A stretch of 42,027 nt of DNA from the IMG/VR virus record IMGVR_UViG_3300037483_001069, positions 1-42,027 of that record. One strand, 5' to 3'. This document shows, piece by piece, positions 26,101 to 35,701 of this stretch. The stretch is from a virus (Duplodnaviria > Caudoviricetes). The notes beneath the pieces are model-generated. The model was not told the origin of the DNA. It searched no databases and worked only from the letters and a program-made list of their open reading frames with translations. Each line of letters starts with the position of its first letter. Position 1 is the first letter of the stretch. A program made the translations under genes and the position numbers.

Positions 26101-27884
26101 TTCGCGGCCTTCTTCCTCGGGGCGGGCTTGGTCTTCTTCGCCTTCTTTTTGGACGCCTTCTTGAGCGTGCCGTCGGCCTTCAGACCCGCCCAGCTCTTCG
26201 GCTCCGGCAGTTCTTCGTCGGCGGCGGTCCGGATCGGAGCGAGATCGAGCTTGACCAGCTCGGCGACCGCCCTCAGCTCCGCGAACTGCGCGGCGGTATC
26301 CGCGCCAGGCCAGTAGCGGCAGCGAGAGGTGAGCACTTGTAGGAACGACGCCCATAGGCCGATGACGAGCGACAGGTTGAGCGGCCCCTCGGTGGCGAGC
26401 ACGGAGTAGGCCTCGAAGATCCCCCACGCCGCGGTCACCGGCCACTTCTTCCGCGCCTTCAGCGTCGCGACGACGTCCTCGGAGAGGCCGGGAAGGCATC
26501 CCCATGCAGTCGTTTCCTGTCTCTCGTTGGGCGGCGCGAGATCGGAGAACTGCCGAAGGTCGAGCGGCGGGCACCAGTTGACGCTTTCGTACCTGTGCTT
26601 CGTGCCGTAGGCGAGGGCGAGCGCCGCCATCGTCGCGATGGTGGGCAAGCTCTCCGACGGTACGTCTCCCAGCGCCAGGAGGCTGCGCTCTACGGCGAGC
26701 TTGTCGCGGCGGATCTGGAGCTGCTTGCGCCGCTCGGCCAGCGCCTTGACGACGCCGTCGCCGCGGCCGGAGCGGCTGCCGCCCTTGCTCGGCTTTTTGG
26801 CCCACCCGGTCTGGCCTTCGCGGTCGCCGCCGACGTAGACGACCGGCATGGCCCCTGGCGCGCCGGGCTTGGCGGCTGGCCACCTGTCGTAGCTCTGGAG
26901 AAGAGCGCCCTTCCGATAGCTCGGCGGCTTCTCGTTGTGGCTGTAGTGGCCCTCGTCGATCAGTATCAGGTCCTCGCCGTGCTCTTCCTTGGCGGCCGCG
27001 ATTACCGCGGTGGTGTGCGCCTCGAGCTTTCGGTCCCAGCACTTGGGGTCGCAGCAGTTTCCGAGATCATCGCCCTTGGCCGGTTGCATCTCGTCGAAGA
27101 GCAGCGGTGCGGCCCCGGTCCGCTTCGGGCAGGCGATGCAGGACCCGGCGGCCGGCACCAGGTCGGCGTCGTCTTTCTTCCACGGCGCCTTGGCCAACGA
27201 CCGCAGTACCAAGCGGTCGATGGTCTCCGAGAGGCGCGCGATGGTCGGCAGCGCGTACCCGCGATCGAAGAGCCAGTGCGTCTCCTGCAGGACCTGGTCT
27301 TGGGACGCGACCGGTAGCCGGGCCACGACCTCCAGGTGGCCGGCCCCCAGCAAGCGGTACAATTTCTTCGGGTCGGCGATCGCCTTCTGCCACTTCGCGC
27401 CCAGCTTAGTCAGCTGGGCGCAGCGGCTCACCCAGGCCGGACTCCGGCCGGTCTCTCTGGCGACCTCCTCCACACCCCACCCGACCCGGCCGAGGAGCAG
27501 CTCGATCGAGGCCGCCTCTTCGAGCGGGGCGAGGTCCTTCCTCTGCAAGTTCTCGACGGCGGTCAAGGTGACCGCCTGATCGTCGGTGAGCTGCCGCACG
27601 ATCGCCGGGATCTCGAGCAGCCCTGCCGCGGCCGCGGCGCGCTTCCTCCGCTCGCCGGCGACGAGCTCGTAGCGCTCGCCGGTCGGTCGCACGACGATCG
27701 GCTCGATCACGCCGACCGCGCCGATCGACGCGGCCAACGACAGGTCCTCCGCGTCGGGTTGCCGGCTGAAGTGCCGCCGCTGCCATGGCGACGGGTCGAT
27801 CAGAAACAGCGGGATGGACCGGAACGCTTCCTGATCGACCACCAGCGACGTCGCTTCCGCCTGCTCCTTCTTGGCTCTCGTCAT
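26097..27884 (-). CDS. ParB/RepB/Spo0J-family protein with long C-terminal extension
   Basis: IDPSP.Q.R..F, LAASI..VGVIEPIVVR, YELVAGERR.RAA, ENLQRKDL.PLEEA, HTH; GSC..CPKRT...C.D..CW motif. Confidence 0.9.
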   Translation of the reverse strand: MTRAKKEQAEATSLVVDQEAFRSIPLFLIDPSPWQRRHFSRQPDAEDLSLAASIGAVGVIEPIVVRPTGERYELVAGERRKRAAAAAGLLEIPAIVRQLTDDQAVTLTAVENLQRKDLAPLEEAASIELLLGRVGWGVEEVARETGRSPAWVSRCAQLTKLGAKWQKAIADPKKLYRLLGAGHLEVVARLPVASQDQVLQETHWLFDRGYALPTIARLSETIDRLVLRSLAKAPWKKDDADLVPAAGSCIACPKRTGAAPLLFDEMQPAKGDDLGNCCDPKCWDRKLEAHTTAVIAAAKEEHGEDLILIDEGHYSHNEKPPSYRKGALLQSYDRWPAAKPGAPGAMPVVYVGGDREGQTGWAKKPSKGGSRSGRGDGVVKALAERRKQLQIRRDKLAVERSLLALGDVPSESLPTIATMAALALAYGTKHRYESVNWCPPLDLRQFSDLAPPNERQETTAWGCLPGLSEDVVATLKARKKWPVTAAWGIFEAYSVLATEGPLNLSLVIGLWASFLQVLTSRCRYWPGADTAAQFAELRAVAELVKLDLAPIRTAADEELPEPKSWAGLKADGTLKKASKKKAKKTKPAPRKKAAK

Positions 27885-27905
27885 CGTCGTCTCCTCTCTG
27901 GGGGG

Positions 27906-29675
27906 TTATCGAAGCTCCTCGCTCAGCCGCACCGAGCTGCCGGTCGTGTCCACCAGGCCTCTGGCGCGGAGTCGCTGCAGGTAGGTGTCGCGGCTCGACC
28001 GCTTGTAGCCGGTCGCCGCGTCGATCTCGTCGCGCTGGATCTCGTCGGCGGCGGCCACGGCGCGCAGCACGGCCTCCTCGCCGGCGGGTAGCTTGCCGCC
28101 GAGCCAGTAGGCCAGAAGCTCCGGGCCCTCCGGTAACGGCTCGTAGTCGCTGCCCAGCGCGGCGAGTCCGGCCGCGGTCGAGAAAAAAGCGCCGCCATTC
28201 TGCCGCACCAGCTCGCGCGAGCGGAGCCGCTGGAGGTAGGTGTCGCGACTGCTGCGCTTGTAGGCGGTGGCGACCAGCAGGAACTCGCGGGATGCCCCGT
28301 GCGGCCGCTGTGCGACGGCCGCCAGGATCCTGCGCTCGCCGACAGAGAGATCACCGCCGGCGTCGCGGGTCGCTGCGGCCGGCGGTGGTTGGCGCGACTG
28401 CTCGCGCGACGGGACCATCGGCGGCGCTGCGACCGGGCGGCGCCCGGGCGATCCGGGCGGCTTGCGCGGTAACGGGGAGGCGGCCGCGCGAACGGCTTCC
28501 CGGGCGACGTCCGCCGCTTCCTCGGCCAGCGCTATCAGGACCCGCGATCCATCGCCGATCTTCTGAACGAGCGCGGCGAGACGTTGGGGCGGCAGCGCCA
28601 GCATGGCGATTCGGACGTTCCGATCCTCGACCGCTGCCTCGAGCTCGTCGACCCGTCGCCGTAGTTCTGCGGCGGCCCCCCCCTCTCCGTCCACCTCGGA
28701 GCGCCGCACCCCTGCGGCGGCGAGCTTCTGCTCGGCGTCCCGAAGTCGGCGCCTCAGCTCGGCGGGGTCGCTTTCCTTGGCGCGCTCGACGGCATCCTCC
28801 ATCTTGCTACGCAGCGCTTCGAGGTCGACGTCGGCCAACGTCGCCGTCGGCCGGGTGCTCGCGCGGCCGACAACCGGGGTCCCGCCGGAGTCGAACGTCT
28901 TCCGGCGGTCGAACTGCACGCGCGCGGTCAAGCCCAGCCACTGTGGGCTCCAGACCCAGGCCTCGCCATCGGCCAGCTCCGGCAAGGAGTCGACCAGGTC
29001 GACGGCGCCGGCGTGAGCGCGCACCCAGCCGAGGATGGCCTTGCGGTCGAGTGGTGCCGTCGTGCGCAGCACGATCAATGCCTCGGCCATGTCCAGTACG
29101 TCCTTGTTGACCGCCGCCGAGCGCTGGCTGATGATCGTTGCCCCGACGCCGCGGAAGCGCCCGCGCTTGACCAGCCGCTGCCAGGCGCCGAGACACCGGG
29201 GCAGCTCGCCCCGCTCGCTGGGCCGCTGCGGTAGGTAGTCGTCGGCCTCCTCGAGGAAGAGGTGGAGTGGGTCGCGGTTCCGCCTGAGGAGCGAATCGGC
29301 GAAGTCCGCCAGAAACCTGAACTGGTGCTGGCGGGTATCGAACTCGCTGACGTCCAGGACGCACGTCAGCCGCCGCTCGGCCACCATCTCGGCGATCAAG
29401 CGGCCGGCGGTAGGTTCGAGCGGAAGGTCGCCATGGAGCCCGCCGAAGATCGGCACCGACAAGCCGGCCCCGTCGCCGGCGGCGTTGGAGCGGACACCGT
29501 ACCAGTCGCCCTTGGGGTCGATGGCCACCCAGGGGATACCGGCCGCCTGCATGACCTCGGCGGTGCGGACCGCGGCGTTGCTTTTCCCGGCGCCGCTCAT
29601 CGCCAGAATCGCCATCCGGCGGGTGGCAGCGTCGAGAGGAAGGGAGAGACCGGGGCCGAGCTGGAGGGTCTTCAC
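27906..29675 (-). CDS. HerA/DUF87-like P-loop ATPase with two C-terminal winged-helix repeats
   Basis: Walker A AMSGAGKS, IDPKGDW, Walker B LFLEEAD, GR.RG....ISQR.A...KDVL; coiled coil; duplicated T.YKRSSRDTYLQRLR.R.LV. Confidence 0.85.
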   Translation of the reverse strand: MKTLQLGPGLSLPLDAATRRMAILAMSGAGKSNAAVRTAEVMQAAGIPWVAIDPKGDWYGVRSNAAGDGAGLSVPIFGGLHGDLPLEPTAGRLIAEMVAERRLTCVLDVSEFDTRQHQFRFLADFADSLLRRNRDPLHLFLEEADDYLPQRPSERGELPRCLGAWQRLVKRGRFRGVGATIISQRSAAVNKDVLDMAEALIVLRTTAPLDRKAILGWVRAHAGAVDLVDSLPELADGEAWVWSPQWLGLTARVQFDRRKTFDSGGTPVVGRASTRPTATLADVDLEALRSKMEDAVERAKESDPAELRRRLRDAEQKLAAAGVRRSEVDGEGGAAAELRRRVDELEAAVEDRNVRIAMLALPPQRLAALVQKIGDGSRVLIALAEEAADVAREAVRAAASPLPRKPPGSPGRRPVAAPPMVPSREQSRQPPPAAATRDAGGDLSVGERRILAAVAQRPHGASREFLLVATAYKRSSRDTYLQRLRSRELVRQNGGAFFSTAAGLAALGSDYEPLPEGPELLAYWLGGKLPAGEEAVLRAVAAADEIQRDEIDAATGYKRSSRDTYLQRLRARGLVDTTGSSVRLSEELR

Positions 29676-30160
29676 CGGCCGGTCCCAAGAAGCCCCACCG
29701 GTTGCCAGATCAACACCCGCACCACCGCCCCTGACCGTCCGCCGGCCTCGTGGTAGAACTTCCTGATTCGCCCGTCCACAACCAGCGCATCGTCTCGGAG
29801 AAAGCCGCACTGCACCATCGCGTCCAGGATGGCCTTGTCGGCGTTGTCGCGGTCGGGCTTGGCGAGGTAGAGCACCAGCTCATCGGGAACGTCTCGGCTC
29901 CGTCCGCCGTAGATCTCCCGCGTCCGCTTGTTGAAGGTCTTCGGCCGCGGAAAAAAGAGGTCCAAGTCCACCGCCACCGGCCCCTCGAGCGGAGCTGATG
30001 GGCGGTGCGGGGTCAGCGCGGCGACCACGATCGCCTTCCACCCGTCCGCCGTACCAGGATCGTAGACGCCGTGCAAGAACTTCGACGACCTCGCCCGCGG
30101 CTGACCCTTGGGGATGCCGTCGATGCGGACCTCGCAGAGCAAGCGAAAGGCGAAGGTCAT
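29672..30160 (-). CDS. rusA: RusA-family Holliday junction resolvase
   Basis: G.PKGQPRAR, YDP, GPVAV.L..FFPRPK, KPD.DN..KAILDA, DDA.VV motifs. Confidence 0.9.
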   Translation of the reverse strand: MTFAFRLLCEVRIDGIPKGQPRARSSKFLHGVYDPGTADGWKAIVVAALTPHRPSAPLEGPVAVDLDLFFPRPKTFNKRTREIYGGRSRDVPDELVLYLAKPDRDNADKAILDAMVQCGFLRDDALVVDGRIRKFYHEAGGRSGAVVRVLIWQPVGLLGTGR

Positions 30161-30534
30161 GCGCTGTCCGGTTCGCCGAAGCCGAGGATTTTGCGGAGCA
30201 CATCCCGTGCCGCCGGCGTCAGGGCCTGGCCGATGTAGCACCACTGCATGTCCACCGACGCCGGCCGTGGCGTGCCGTCGTCTCCCCACAGCCCTGGCCC
30301 CTTCGCCAGCCCGTCGAAAAAGGCGGCTTGCTGGTCGGATCCCCAGCCGGCGAAGAGCATGCCCATGGCAACCGGGTCGCGCTCAAGTTTGGCGATGGCG
30401 TACGCCACGTCGAGAGCGCGGAGCGATCGGGCGCGCTCTGACTCGAACACACCGAGCAGACGGCGCGCCATCGTCGAGAAGATGCGCTCGCGGTCCTGGC
30501 TGGCCGCGAGCGCCTTGCGGTTGAAGAGGTCCAC
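30157..30534 (-). CDS. Hypothetical protein
   Basis: 3' end of long ORF has protein-like composition (LFAGW.SDQQAAFF...MQWCYI); ATGA-coupled to rusA; start uncertain. Confidence 0.5.
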   Translation of the reverse strand: MDLFNRKALAASQDRERIFSTMARRLLGVFESERARSLRALDVAYAIAKLERDPVAMGMLFAGWGSDQQAAFFDGLAKGPGLWGDDGTPRPASVDMQWCYIGQALTPAARDVLRKILGFGEPDSA

Positions 30535-30542
30535 CGGGGCCT

Positions 30543-31139
30543 CTACCCGGTGGCCGCGACCGGTTTCGGAGACGGAACTGCCTTCGGACCGCTCGCCTTC
30601 GGATCGTCGTCGAATAGGTTCAGATTCGGGTCGCGGGTGAGGATCGCGCGACCGAACGCGGCGATGTCGGCGAGGTAGCAGCCGTGCCTCTCGACCACCT
30701 CCCGAAACTCTTCCAGGTCGTGCTTGACAATGCGCCAGCGAAGGGCGCCATGGCCGTCGATCGCCTGCTCGATGCCGTCGGCCCCCATGGAGGGGGCGAG
30801 GTGGCAGAGCTCGTGATGGACCAGCGCCGACCGCTGCGCCTTGTTGAACGTCCGCCAGTACGCCTGGTTCAGGATAACGATCGCGTCCAGCCCGTGCAGC
30901 TGGCGCTCCAGCTCGGTCGTCTTCTTCATCCGGCCGAGGACAATTCTGCCGTCCCGGTCGGGCTTCCTTCCGATCATCCATGCGGCGCCCACGTGGGCAT
31001 CCGCCAAATCCTTCTTGTACTTCTTGATCGTCGCGGCGACCAGGTCGTGGATCTCGGCGCCTTCCTTGGTATCCTGGGTGATCAGATCGTAGGTCTTCTT
31101 CGGCGGCAACTTCGCGCGCTTCCCGCTCTTCTTCGCCAT
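30543..31139 (-). CDS. Putative phage metallopeptidase
   Basis: LG...K, D..VILN...W......ALVHHELCH, HD.EEF..VV.RHG motifs. Confidence 0.85.
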   Translation of the reverse strand: MAKKSGKRAKLPPKKTYDLITQDTKEGAEIHDLVAATIKKYKKDLADAHVGAAWMIGRKPDRDGRIVLGRMKKTTELERQLHGLDAIVILNQAYWRTFNKAQRSALVHHELCHLAPSMGADGIEQAIDGHGALRWRIVKHDLEEFREVVERHGCYLADIAAFGRAILTRDPNLNLFDDDPKASGPKAVPSPKPVAATG

Positions 31140-31282
31140 TGGTTTCCGTCCTGCCTTTCTGCCCCGCGGGGCCGGTCGGTGGTGTGCTACCATCAGCGGC
31201 GACGGCTTCCGCCGTCTGTCGTCTCACCGCGGGCCGCCCGGTCATCCCGGGTTGGGCGGCCCGCACCTCCCCCTCGCAGCGC

Positions 31283-31480
31283 TCAGCCGGCAATCCGCCA
31301 GACCCGCGTCCGGCGGTCCTGCCAGTCGGGCACCACCAGCCCTTCGTCTCGCAGCCCGGCGAGATGCTGGCGGATGTTCTGGGAGGTACTGCCCACCGCC
31401 TGCACCAGGGCCGACACCGTAGCTCCCGACCTCGGGCGCCTGCGGAGGTAGGCGAGGATCTTGTTTCGCATGCTTGCCAC
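31283..31480 (-). CDS. Small winged-helix HTH transcription regulator
   Basis: ILAYL......TVSALVQAVG.TSQNIRQHLAGLRDEGLV; RBS AAGGAG; divergent from the recombination operon. Confidence 0.8.
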   Translation of the reverse strand: MASMRNKILAYLRRRPRSGATVSALVQAVGSTSQNIRQHLAGLRDEGLVVPDWQDRRTRVWRIAG

Positions 31481-31523
31481 TCCTTTCTGGTTGTGGTATA
31501 CAGTATCCGAGCGGCGGAGTCAA
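31474..31523. promoter_or_regulatory. Overlapping divergent promoters (putative early control region)
   Basis: + strand TTGCCA-N17-(TG.)TATACA; - strand TTGACT-N17-TATACC; AT-rich island between divergent genes. Confidence 0.45.
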
Positions 31524-31557
31524 GCGCCGGAGACCGACCACAGAAACGGAGGCGACC

Positions 31558-32880
31558 ATGATGAAGCGTGAACGGGAGGCGGATCAGGATGGCGCTGTGC
31601 CGACGACTGGCAACGGCGGTGGCATGAAGATTGTCGGGGCGACCATCCAGGACTTCAAGCGGATCGAGGTGGTCGAGATCCTCCCCGGCGATGGACCGGT
31701 GGAGGTGTCTGGCCGCAACGAGCAGGGCAAGTCGAGCATCTTGGACGCCATCGAGTCGGCTCTCGGCGGCAAACGCCGCCAGCCAGAGAAGCCGATCCGG
31801 CGTGGCGCGGAGTCCGCGCGAGTTGTTCTGACTCTTGACGGCGTGATCGTCGAGCGGGTCTGGACGGAGAAGACGGATCGGCTGGTGGTGAAGAACGCCG
31901 ACGGCTACTTCGCCAGCGAGCCGCAGCGCCGCCTCGATGAGCTGGTCGGCGGGCTGGCCTTCGATCCACTCGCCTTCATGGCGGAGAAGCCCGGCGACCA
32001 GCGCGCTACGTTGCTCCGCCTGGTTGGCGTCGACCTCGACGCCATCGAGATGCGGCGGCGCGCCGTCTACGAGGAGAGGACGGAGGACGGGCGCGAGTTG
32101 CGCCACGCGAAGGAGCGATTGCTGGCCGCTCCAGAGCCCTCCGCTGGCACGCCGGAGGAGGAGGTAGACAGCCGCGCCATCTCGGCTGAACTGTTCGCCG
32201 CCCACCGACGGCACGCCGAGGCTCACGACGCCGAGCGCGCCGTCGGGCTCGCCGGCAAGCGACTTGGGGAAGCCGCCGCGAAGATCGAGCGGATGAAGGC
32301 CGATCTGAGCGCGGCGCAGCAGGCCATGAAGGAGGTGAGGGTCGCCGGCATGGCCGCAGCCGTCGCTGAGACAAAAGCCAAGGCCGACCTTCCCGACCTC
32401 GACAAAATCCAAGTGCGGTTGGATGGTATCGAGCAGACCAACCGCGCCGTGCGGCAACGACAGGAGCGCTGGGCGCTGGCGGAAATGGTCGACTCCTGCC
32501 AGGCGCGCTGGGATGCGAAGACCCGCGATCTGGAGGCGATCGACCTGGAGAAGGCACAGGCGCTCTTCCGGGCGACGATGCCGGTCGAGGGCCTGGCCGT
32601 CACTGATGACGGCTTGATGTTCGAGGGTCTGCCGCTGTCGCAGGCGTCGCTCTCGCGGCGCGTGCGGATCTGCACTAAGATCTCGGCCGCCCTCAATCCC
32701 AAGCTGCGGATCGCGCTGATCCGCAACGGAAACGACCTCGACCGCGAGACGCTGGCCGCCTTTTACGCCGAGTGCGCGGCGGCCGGAGTGCAGCCCTGGG
32801 TCGAGCGCATCGATCCGACTACGCCCGGCGCGCTCATTATCGAGGCGGGCCGCGTGGCGGCGAAGCGGGGGGACCGGTGA
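31558..32880 (+). CDS. SbcC/RecN-like coiled-coil ABC-type ATPase
   Basis: IQDFKRI, GRNEQGKSSILDAI Walker A, FDPLAF, long coiled coil, PL.QAS signature; degenerate Walker B (LIRNGNDLD). Start 31558 (GGAGG) or 31624. Confidence 0.85.
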   Translation: MMKREREADQDGAVPTTGNGGGMKIVGATIQDFKRIEVVEILPGDGPVEVSGRNEQGKSSILDAIESALGGKRRQPEKPIRRGAESARVVLTLDGVIVERVWTEKTDRLVVKNADGYFASEPQRRLDELVGGLAFDPLAFMAEKPGDQRATLLRLVGVDLDAIEMRRRAVYEERTEDGRELRHAKERLLAAPEPSAGTPEEEVDSRAISAELFAAHRRHAEAHDAERAVGLAGKRLGEAAAKIERMKADLSAAQQAMKEVRVAGMAAAVAETKAKADLPDLDKIQVRLDGIEQTNRAVRQRQERWALAEMVDSCQARWDAKTRDLEAIDLEKAQALFRATMPVEGLAVTDDGLMFEGLPLSQASLSRRVRICTKISAALNPKLRIALIRNGNDLDRETLAAFYAECAAAGVQPWVERIDPTTPGALIIEAGRVAAKRGDR

Positions 32881-33158
32881 GCGCGGGCGACCGGGTGGAC
32901 GATGCGATCGACTTCGACGCCCCGCTCACCGCCGAAGAGGAGCTGGGCGTCGCCAGCCTCCGCGCGTGGGAGGCGCTCATCCAGGCGGAGACCGCGGAGG
33001 GGCACCGCGAAGAGGTCCAAGCGATCCGCGATCTGATGGCCGTCTGCGCGTTCGGTGGCGCCCGCGACGCCCTCCGCGCACTGGAGCCGCTGGCGGCGCC
33101 GATCCGGGAGGCACTCAAGGACGTGGACGTGCCGCCGGCGGCGGGGGAACCGTCATGA
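32877..33158 (+). CDS. Hypothetical protein
   Basis: GTGA-coupled start, helical composition. Confidence 0.45.
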   Translation: MSAGDRVDDAIDFDAPLTAEEELGVASLRAWEALIQAETAEGHREEVQAIRDLMAVCAFGGARDALRALEPLAAPIREALKDVDVPPAAGEPS

Positions 33159-33222
33159 TCAGGCGAGATTTCGAGCCGACGTGGACCGCGCATGAAGTAC
33201 TCGGAACCAAAAGGAGCGCGCG

Positions 33223-33467
33223 ATGACAAGGGCGACTGAGTGCGACTGTTGCGGCAACCTCGTCAAGCTACTCGATGCCATCTCGGTCGAGGTTCTACTC
33301 CCGACGAAGATTGAGCCGGACGGCGACACGACCAGCGAGAGCGCGTGGGAATTCCATCTCTGCCGGACCTACTACTCGGTCAGCCATCAGCTCTCCTCCG
33401 TCCATTCGATCGGAAAGTCGCGTCCGGACGGCGGCGTTCGCGGCCGTGCTGTCGGCGGCGTGTCTCG
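33223..33467 (+). CDS. Small Cys-containing hypothetical protein (3' boundary unclear; runs in frame into the exonuclease body)
   Basis: RBS AAGGAG; ECDCCG...HLC motif of small zinc-binding phage proteins. Confidence 0.4.
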
Positions 33468-34053
33468 GTGGTCTTCGACGTCGAAACCGGCGGGCTCGAC
33501 AAGACCCGCCACCCGATTCATCCAGCTGGCGGCTATGGCCTGCGAGCTACCCGACTGGCACGAGGTCGGCACCTTCGAGGCCAAGGTCCAGTTCGATCCG
33601 GCCCTGTGCGAGGCCTCCGCCCTGGAGAAGAACTCCTATTCGGCCGGGGCGTGGGAGACTGCGATCCCGTGGCCACTCGCGGCGATCAACTTCTCCGGAT
33701 TCCTACGCGAACACGCCACCGTCGCGCGGGTCAGCGCTCGCACCGGGCGCTCCTACTCCGTCGCCCTTGGCTGCGCACACAACGCCGAGTTCGACTTCGG
33801 CTTCGTCGCCGAGGGCTTCAAGCGGCTGAACCTCTTCCTGCCGATGGCGTTCGGCCCGCTCTGCACCTTGGCGCTGGCGCGCTGGGTTACGATGCAGTCG
33901 AGAAACCCTCCGCGCGATCACCGGCTTGAGACGCTGTGCGACTGGCTGGGTATCGAGCACGACCAGGCACATGACGCGCTTGGCGACGTGCGGGCGACGA
34001 CGAAGCTCGCGGCGGCGCTGTCCAAGCACGTCATCGCCGGAGGCTTGCCGTGA
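33468..34053 (+). pseudogene. DEDDh (DnaQ-like) 3'-5' exonuclease with a frameshift near 33516-33518
   Basis: ExoI VVFDVETGGLD..RHPI is in a different frame from IQLAA...AHNAEFDFGF (ExoII) and AHDALGDV (ExoIII); removing one base in ATTCATC restores HPIIQLAA. Confidence 0.8.
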
Positions 34054-34337
34054 AACAGTCGGCCATCTCGCCCAACCAGCTGCTGCAAGAGCTGGCGTTC
34101 GTCCTCGCCAACGACCCAGGCAAGATCAAGGTCGCCGACGCCCGCGCGCTACTACTCGACTCGGCCCGGGCCGGCGGCGGTCCAGCGAGGATTGTTCTCG
34201 CCGTTGATGACGAGACGGTGAAGTCCCTCCGCGGCCCGCCGGACAAGGCCCGCTGGCGCGTCGCCTTGGTGGCGATCAATGTCGAGGCGATCCGGCGGCG
34301 AGAGAGCCGAATCGTGCTACCGGGGGAGCGGCGCTGA
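34050..34337 (+). CDS. Hypothetical protein
   Basis: GTGA/TGATG coupling on both sides. Confidence 0.55.
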   Translation: MKQSAISPNQLLQELAFVLANDPGKIKVADARALLLDSARAGGGPARIVLAVDDETVKSLRGPPDKARWRVALVAINVEAIRRRESRIVLPGERR

Positions 34338-35596
34338 TGGCCTGGCACTCGACGACGCTGTCCTTCGCGAGCCGCCACTGCCCGCGCGCCCTGGACTACC
34401 GGCTCGCTGGCGAGCCCTACGACCGGACGCCCTACCTCGTCGGCGTCGCCGCCCATGCGGTCCTGCAAGCCCTTGGCGAGGCGGCCCGCGAGCGCGGACC
34501 GATGGTGCCGTCGGAGGACTCGGAGGTTGCGGTCAAGGCTTGCGGCGACCTCATCGCCAGCGGCCGGATCTTCGAGGGCGAGCAGGAGCCGCCATTGCCC
34601 AGCGAGGCTGTCTGGCTCGGTTGCGAGATCGCGCTCGGCTATCTCAGGCTGTCGGAGCCGCCGAGCGGTCGCTGCAAGTACGAGATCGGCTTGGGGGTGG
34701 ACCGCGACTGGAAGCCCTGCGCCTACCGCGACGCCTGGCTGGGGGGCATCATCGACGTGCTGGGCGAGGACTTCGACGAAGAGGTCGGCGGGCGGGTCCT
34801 GCTGGTCAAGGACTGGAAGACTGCTTGGCGCGCCGGCTCCGAGGACACCTACATCTTGCAGCGGCGGATCCATGCGCTCGTGGCTTGGGCTCACGCCGAC
34901 CGCTCGGCGTACGCCGGACTGGCTACCGAGGTGGTCAATCTCCGCACCGGCAAGAACTATCGCGAGACGATCGCTGTCGGCGACGCCGAGGGCGAACACC
35001 GACTGGCGACGTGGCGGGCGGCGATCGAGACCGAGATCCGCGCCCGCGAACAGCAGGTCGGCGAGGATGGCCAGCGGCCGGTCGCCCCCGGCGCCTACTG
35101 CGCCGGCTGTCCCTACCTATTCCGCTGTGCCGATGGGCGGGCGGCCATGATGGCGACCGTCACGCTTGATGATCCGACGCGGATGGCGACCACCTTCGCC
35201 GCCCTCGACGCTGCCCACCGGCACCTTCGGCCACTGGTGCAGCGCGCCACCGGCGAAGCCCCCATCCCCGTCGCCGGCGGCATCGTCGGCTATCAGCCCA
35301 CCGAGCAGCGCAAGCTCAAAGCCGGCGCGGTAGAGGCCCTGTGGCAGACGTGGACCGGCGGGCGCAAGGATCTCGACGCCGACGCCATGCGGTCGGTAGC
35401 GATCCGGCTACTGACCGTCGTCGGCCTGTCGCCGACACAGGCTGACACGGCGCTCCGCAAGGTGGAGAAGAGCAAGGCCGAGCGCGCGACGTGGCGCGAC
35501 AAGTGGACGGCGCCGGTGGTCAAGCGGCGATTCGGCGTCCACAGGTTGACAGGCGAAGATGATGACGCCGACGGCTCCGACGATGCGATAGACTGA
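34337..35596 (+). CDS. PD-(D/E)XK nuclease (RecB/AddB/Cas4-like, Fe-S type)
   Basis: N-term CPR, G.AAH..L, E, GGIIDVL, VKDWKT, Q...Y/H, C-term PG.YC..CPY...C. Confidence 0.85.
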   Translation: MAWHSTTLSFASRHCPRALDYRLAGEPYDRTPYLVGVAAHAVLQALGEAARERGPMVPSEDSEVAVKACGDLIASGRIFEGEQEPPLPSEAVWLGCEIALGYLRLSEPPSGRCKYEIGLGVDRDWKPCAYRDAWLGGIIDVLGEDFDEEVGGRVLLVKDWKTAWRAGSEDTYILQRRIHALVAWAHADRSAYAGLATEVVNLRTGKNYRETIAVGDAEGEHRLATWRAAIETEIRAREQQVGEDGQRPVAPGAYCAGCPYLFRCADGRAAMMATVTLDDPTRMATTFAALDAAHRHLRPLVQRATGEAPIPVAGGIVGYQPTEQRKLKAGAVEALWQTWTGGRKDLDADAMRSVAIRLLTVVGLSPTQADTALRKVEKSKAERATWRDKWTAPVVKRRFGVHRLTGEDDDADGSDDAID

Positions 35597-35599
35597 CGC

Positions 35600-35694
35600 G
35601 CCGGGGTGGCTTCGGCCGAAGCCCGACCCCAAGTCGCTGGCGGCCCGTTCCCAAAGGCGAGCCCCGGCTTTCAACGAACGACCGGAACGGGAGG
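35600..35694 (+). other. Structured intergenic element (candidate cis-regulatory RNA)
   Basis: GCCGGGG/CCCCGGC closing stem, internal hairpins, and CCCGTTCC complementary to GGAACGGG overlapping the downstream SD. Confidence 0.45.
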
Positions 35695-35701
35695 ATAAAA
35701 A

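Noticed and set aside
34337-35596. Cas4-like nuclease as evidence of CRISPR-Cas
   Set aside because: No cas1/cas2 or repeat-spacer array; solo Cas4/RecB-like nucleases are common in phage recombination modules
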